The notes below the pieces were generated by a model, which saw only the letters and a program-made list of their open reading frames with translations, did not search any database and was not told where the DNA came from. Position numbers and translations under genes: made by a program. From NCBI GenBank assembly GCA_902791625.1, contig CADAWN010000003.1, positions 30,465 to 94,464 on the forward strand: 64,000 nt of DNA, given 5' to 3'. Each line of letters begins with the position of its first letter. Within the stretch, counting starts at the first letter, position 1. Source of the stretch: an uncultured Erysipelotrichaceae bacterium. GTDB lineage: Bacteria; Bacillota_I; Bacilli_A; RF39; UBA660. Of this stretch, positions 60,301 through 64,000 are shown piece by piece.

Positions 60301-60867
60301 ATGAAAGAAAAGAAGATGAGTCGTAAAGATTTAACTATCGTTGCTTTAATTGCTTGTATTACATCTTTATCAATTGCTTATGCAACTATTTCTACAACTT
60401 TAAATATTACAAATAATTTAACAGTAAAAGCACATGATTGGGATATTCATTTTGAAAACTTAGAACAACAAAACATAACTGGTAACAATACTGCAAATGT
60501 TGTTAAATCAGCTAAAATACAAGAAGATACTACTAAAATTTCTGGTTTAGAAGTAAATTTTAAAAAACCAGGAGATTCTGTATCATACACTTTTGATGTA
60601 ACTAACGCTGGTGGAATTGATGCTAAACTAACTAGCATTACAATTGGAACACCTGTTTGTAATCCTACAAGTGTTATTTGCAATGATATAGAATATACTT
60701 TAAAATACGCTAATGGTAATGATCTTGGTATGAATGACGTTTTAAATGCAGGAGATACTGTAAGCCTAAAATTAACTATTAACTATAAATTATCTTCAAC
60801 ACAAATATCAAATACAGATATTAATATAACTGGACTTGATGCAATATTAGTTTATTCACAAAAATAG
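60301..60867 (+). CDS. TasA/camelysin-like secreted protein (array gene 4)
   Basis: AYATISTTLNI, WDIHF, KKPGDSVSYTFDVTNAGGIDAKL, two Cys, ends YSQK; own TTGACC-N17-TAATAT promoter. Confidence 0.7.
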   Translation: MKEKKMSRKDLTIVALIACITSLSIAYATISTTLNITNNLTVKAHDWDIHFENLEQQNITGNNTANVVKSAKIQEDTTKISGLEVNFKKPGDSVSYTFDVTNAGGIDAKLTSITIGTPVCNPTSVICNDIEYTLKYANGNDLGMNDVLNAGDTVSLKLTINYKLSSTQISNTDINITGLDAILVYSQK

Positions 60868-60882
60868 TTAGGAAGGATAATT

Positions 60883-61440
60883 ATGAAATCTAGTACTAAA
60901 AACATATTATTGATTACATTACTTGTAGGAATAATATCAATTTCAGTTGCATATGCTGCATTATCAACTAGTTTAAATATTAGTGCTAGTGGTAAAATTG
61001 CAGCAACCAAATGGGATGTTCATTTTGAAAATTTAACACTTGTTCAAAACACTTCTGGTAATACTGGAACTGTTATTCATCCAGCACAAATTCAAGCTAA
61101 CACTACTCAAATTAGAGGACTTGTTGTTGATTTAAAAAAACCAGGAGATTCAGTAACTTATACATTTGATATAGTTAATGATAGTGATGTTGCAGCTAAA
61201 CTTACATCAATAGTTTTTAATACACCAAATTGTGGTGCAGATCAAGATGAATGTTCAAAATTAGAATACTCATTAAAATATACAACAAGCGGACAAACAC
61301 CAGCAGTTAACAATGTATTACAAAAGAAAACAAGAATTAATACAACACTGACAATAAAATATAAAGAAAATAGTCCGATTACAGATGAAGATGTTTCTGC
61401 TAGTGGGATAGATATAACCATGACATATGGCCAAAATTAG
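60883..61440 (+). CDS. TasA/camelysin-like secreted protein (array gene 5)
   Basis: AYAALSTSLNI, WDVHF, KKPGDSVTYTFDI, two Cys, ends YGQN. Confidence 0.7.
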   Translation: MKSSTKNILLITLLVGIISISVAYAALSTSLNISASGKIAATKWDVHFENLTLVQNTSGNTGTVIHPAQIQANTTQIRGLVVDLKKPGDSVTYTFDIVNDSDVAAKLTSIVFNTPNCGADQDECSKLEYSLKYTTSGQTPAVNNVLQKKTRINTTLTIKYKENSPITDEDVSASGIDITMTYGQN

Positions 61441-61473
61441 CATATTTTATATGCTAATTTTCTTTTTCTTTTA

Positions 61474-61502
61474 TTGACATACAAGTATATCTAAGTTATA
61501 AT
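61474..61502 (+). promoter_or_regulatory. consensus sigma-A promoter of the sipW operon
   Basis: TTGACA-N17-TATAAT. Confidence 0.75.
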
Positions 61503-61562
61503 AGTAATTGTAGAGTAGGGGTCTATACCTAACGAAAAAATAGAGAATAGGACGTATGTATA

Positions 61563-62693
61563 ATGAAAACAAGTGTAAAAAAAATACTTACAATTGAGAT
61601 TATTATGCTTATAACTATACTTACAGGTTTTTTTGTACCTTATTTATTTGAAAATGAGAGATATATTATCTTTCTAGTACTAATGGGTGTAGTAACATAT
61701 TTTGCAGTAGGATTAGATTTTGGAAGATATAAGAATGAAAAAGAAGTATTAAAAAGTTTGGTAATCTATTTAATGTTTTTTTTCATTCTTAGTTATTTAT
61801 TTGGTCTATTTATTGGATTTAATAAAACAATATATTCTTTTGGTTTAACTAATCTTGCTAATAATATTGCACCAACTTTTGCGTTAATATTAGTAAGTGA
61901 AATATTAAGATATCAGTTCATAAAAAAATCAAATAAAGATAAGCTTGTAGTTATATTAAGCGCAATAATATTTACTGCAATTGATGTTTGCATTGCAAAT
62001 ACCTATTATAATTTAGGTGTTCAAAATCAATTATATGAATTTATAGGATTAATAATAATATGTGGTATTACAAAGAATGTTTTACTAACTGTAATGGCAA
62101 TTAAGTATGATTATGTAATACCTATTACATATAGATTAGCAATGGAATTATACGAATTTATTATACCTATTGTTCCAGGGTTTGGACCATATTTTAAATC
62201 AGTAGTAATGATTGTTTATCCTTGTATACTAGCAGTTGTTATGTATAAGGGAGAAAAATTAAAATTAAATCCAAAGCCTCAAGAATTATCTAAAAATAAA
62301 ATAGTAGTAGCTATAGTAATGTTAGTACTAATATTTATAGTACTATTGAATACAGGATTCTTTAAGTATAGAACACTTGTAATCGGTTCTGACTCTATGA
62401 AAAAATATATTTCTAAAGGTGATGTAGTCTTAATAAGAAAAACAACTTTAGATGAACAAAAAGAATTTAAAAAAGGTGATATAATAGCCTTCAATACAGG
62501 TTCTAAAATTATTGTCCACAGAATTTACAAAATAGTAGAAAAAGAAGAAACTCCATATTTTATTACAAAGGGGGATAATAATAATCAAGTAGATCAAGGA
62601 ATAGTAGAACCGTCTAATGTAGTAGGAAGAGTATTATTAAGAATTAAAAAAGTAGGATTACCAAGCATCTGGCTTGACGAATTGTTCAAATAG
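61563..62693 (+). CDS. sipW: SipW-type (S26B) signal peptidase I fused to an N-terminal multi-TM domain
   Basis: IGSDSM (Ser), KGDVV, IVHRI (His), TKGDNN..D; preceded by about 270 aa with many TM helices. Confidence 0.8.
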   Translation: MKTSVKKILTIEIIMLITILTGFFVPYLFENERYIIFLVLMGVVTYFAVGLDFGRYKNEKEVLKSLVIYLMFFFILSYLFGLFIGFNKTIYSFGLTNLANNIAPTFALILVSEILRYQFIKKSNKDKLVVILSAIIFTAIDVCIANTYYNLGVQNQLYEFIGLIIICGITKNVLLTVMAIKYDYVIPITYRLAMELYEFIIPIVPGFGPYFKSVVMIVYPCILAVVMYKGEKLKLNPKPQELSKNKIVVAIVMLVLIFIVLLNTGFFKYRTLVIGSDSMKKYISKGDVVLIRKTTLDEQKEFKKGDIIAFNTGSKIIVHRIYKIVEKEETPYFITKGDNNNQVDQGIVEPSNVVGRVLLRIKKVGLPSIWLDELFK

Positions 62694-62704
62694 AGGTGAT
62701 TTTA

Positions 62705-63697
62705 ATGAAGAAAAAAGAGATAATTTTATCGATACTAGCATTAATATTATCAATAACATGCTTTGTCTTGTATGATAAATCTAAAAATATGGTAGTGTTA
62801 AATGAAATAAAATACAAAGAAAATGGGTATTTAAGATATAAAGTTCATTTAACAGATAGCTCATATTATGGAACAGATTATCTAGATGAAGATATGCAAT
62901 ATATTTCTAGTATTATAGACAAATTAGAAGTAAATTATAATTATAATGCAGAGTTTGATAAACAAGATAAGTTTGAAATTATAACAAATTTAACTGCAAA
63001 TATAAGAATTGTAGATGGACAAACTGGTAAAGTTATTTATACAAAATCAGAAGGTCTAAATAATAAAAAAGAAACTAAAAAAGAAATTGGCATAGAAGAT
63101 AAAGTAACTATAGATTATAAAAAATATAATCAATTAGCTAATGAATTTAAGACAAAATATGGAATAAGTGCCAATTGTAAATTAAGTTTAAGCTATGTAA
63201 TTCAATATAGAGATGATAAAACAGGTATAAGCCAAAGTAGATTAATGACTATGGAAATGCCTCTATCAGAACAAATGATTACTATAACAAGAACAGCAGA
63301 TATTAATAATAATTCTTCTTATATTGTTTCAACAACTAAGTCATGGTTAAATACATTGTTGTTTGTAGGAGCAATTGTAATATTAATAATAGACTCTATT
63401 TGTATTGTTAAACTAATAGATGTTGTTAAAAAAAGATTGGATTCAGAAAGTAAATATGATAGATTTATTAAGAAAACATTAAAAGAATATGATGCTTATA
63501 TAACAGTTTCTAATTCTGATTATGAAGTTGGTGGAAAGAAAGTATTTAATATACCATCATTTAAAGAATTATTAGATGTTAGAAATAATTTGGAGAAGCC
63601 AATTATTTACTACAAAATAGATGAAGATCATAGCAAATTTAGTATCATAAGTGATGAAATTTATGAGTATGAAGTATCAAGAAAAGAGATGGACTAA
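62705..63697 (+). CDS. DUF5305-like membrane-anchored protein
   Basis: N-terminal TM, beta-rich ectodomain, second TM, cytoplasmic SFKELLDVRNNLEKPIIY tail; coupled to sipW. Confidence 0.6.
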   Translation: MKKKEIILSILALILSITCFVLYDKSKNMVVLNEIKYKENGYLRYKVHLTDSSYYGTDYLDEDMQYISSIIDKLEVNYNYNAEFDKQDKFEIITNLTANIRIVDGQTGKVIYTKSEGLNNKKETKKEIGIEDKVTIDYKKYNQLANEFKTKYGISANCKLSLSYVIQYRDDKTGISQSRLMTMEMPLSEQMITITRTADINNNSSYIVSTTKSWLNTLLFVGAIVILIIDSICIVKLIDVVKKRLDSESKYDRFIKKTLKEYDAYITVSNSDYEVGGKKVFNIPSFKELLDVRNNLEKPIIYYKIDEDHSKFSIISDEIYEYEVSRKEMD

Positions 63698-63824
63698 TTA
63701 GTTCATTTTTTTTATAAAAAAAAGTCCGATTTTTCGCTATTTTTTTGCCTTTTTAAGTTGACTGTTTTTTATAAATATTATATACTATATATAGTATGTA
63801 TAATAAAGAATGGTGGTGGTGTAG

Positions 63825-64000
63825 ATGAAAAAGAAATACAATAGAATTATCTTATTTTTTTCTTTATTTTTAGTCATCGCTACTACTATTGCTTATTCCG
63901 CTTTTAACTCATCACTACAAGTTCAATCTGAAGCAAAATTAAGAGCTGTTTCAGATATTAGAGTAACAGATATAACGCTAGAAAATAGTAATGGAGCTAC
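63825..64000 (+). CDS. further protein with SipW-type signal peptide (truncated by window edge; absent from the ORF track)
   Basis: MKKKYNRIILFFSLFLVIATTIAYSAFNSSLQVQSEAKLRAVSDIRVTDI; TTGACT-N17-TATACT promoter at 63758-63786. Confidence 0.7.
   Translation, partial: MKKKYNRIILFFSLFLVIATTIAYSAFNSSLQVQSEAKLRAVSDIRVTDITLENSNGA

Noticed and set aside
57227-61440. Array proteins as type IV pilins or sortase pilins
   Set aside because: No G|FxxxE prepilin motif and no LPxTG-like anchor; the adjacent peptidase is S26B/SipW type

Overview
Very AT-rich chromosomal window (genetic code 11) from a reduced-genome, probably spore-forming Bacillota. Gene content resembles uncultured gut Bacilli such as RF39/UBA660, but the taxon is an inference. 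The housekeeping backbone runs tpiA-spo0A, uvrB/uvrA-lgt-yvcK-whiA-clpP, secG-rnr-smpB-ssrA, pflBA, cdaA-cdaR and fhs, with tRNA-Thr and tRNA-Asn. Three accessory surface or secretion modules interrupt it. (1) A compact type VII secretion locus splits uvrB from uvrA. It holds essC, esaB/yukD, a HExxH lipoprotein, six small WXG100-like or helical proteins and a DUF4176 protein with acidic repeats, with no essA/essB/esaA or LXG toxin recognisable. (2) A thioester-domain adhesin sits beside a sortase, both with non-canonical motifs. (3) A tandem array of at least six TasA/camelysin-like proteins with SipW-type signal peptides lies next to a multi-TM SipW fusion and a DUF5305-like gene. An Rpn (PD-(D/E)XK) gene interrupts the array and has an RBS-sequestering hairpin and a candidate intragenic antitoxin start. 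Several sporulation genes and a second RNase R paralogue are also present. All family calls come from motif recognition by eye; no searches were run.
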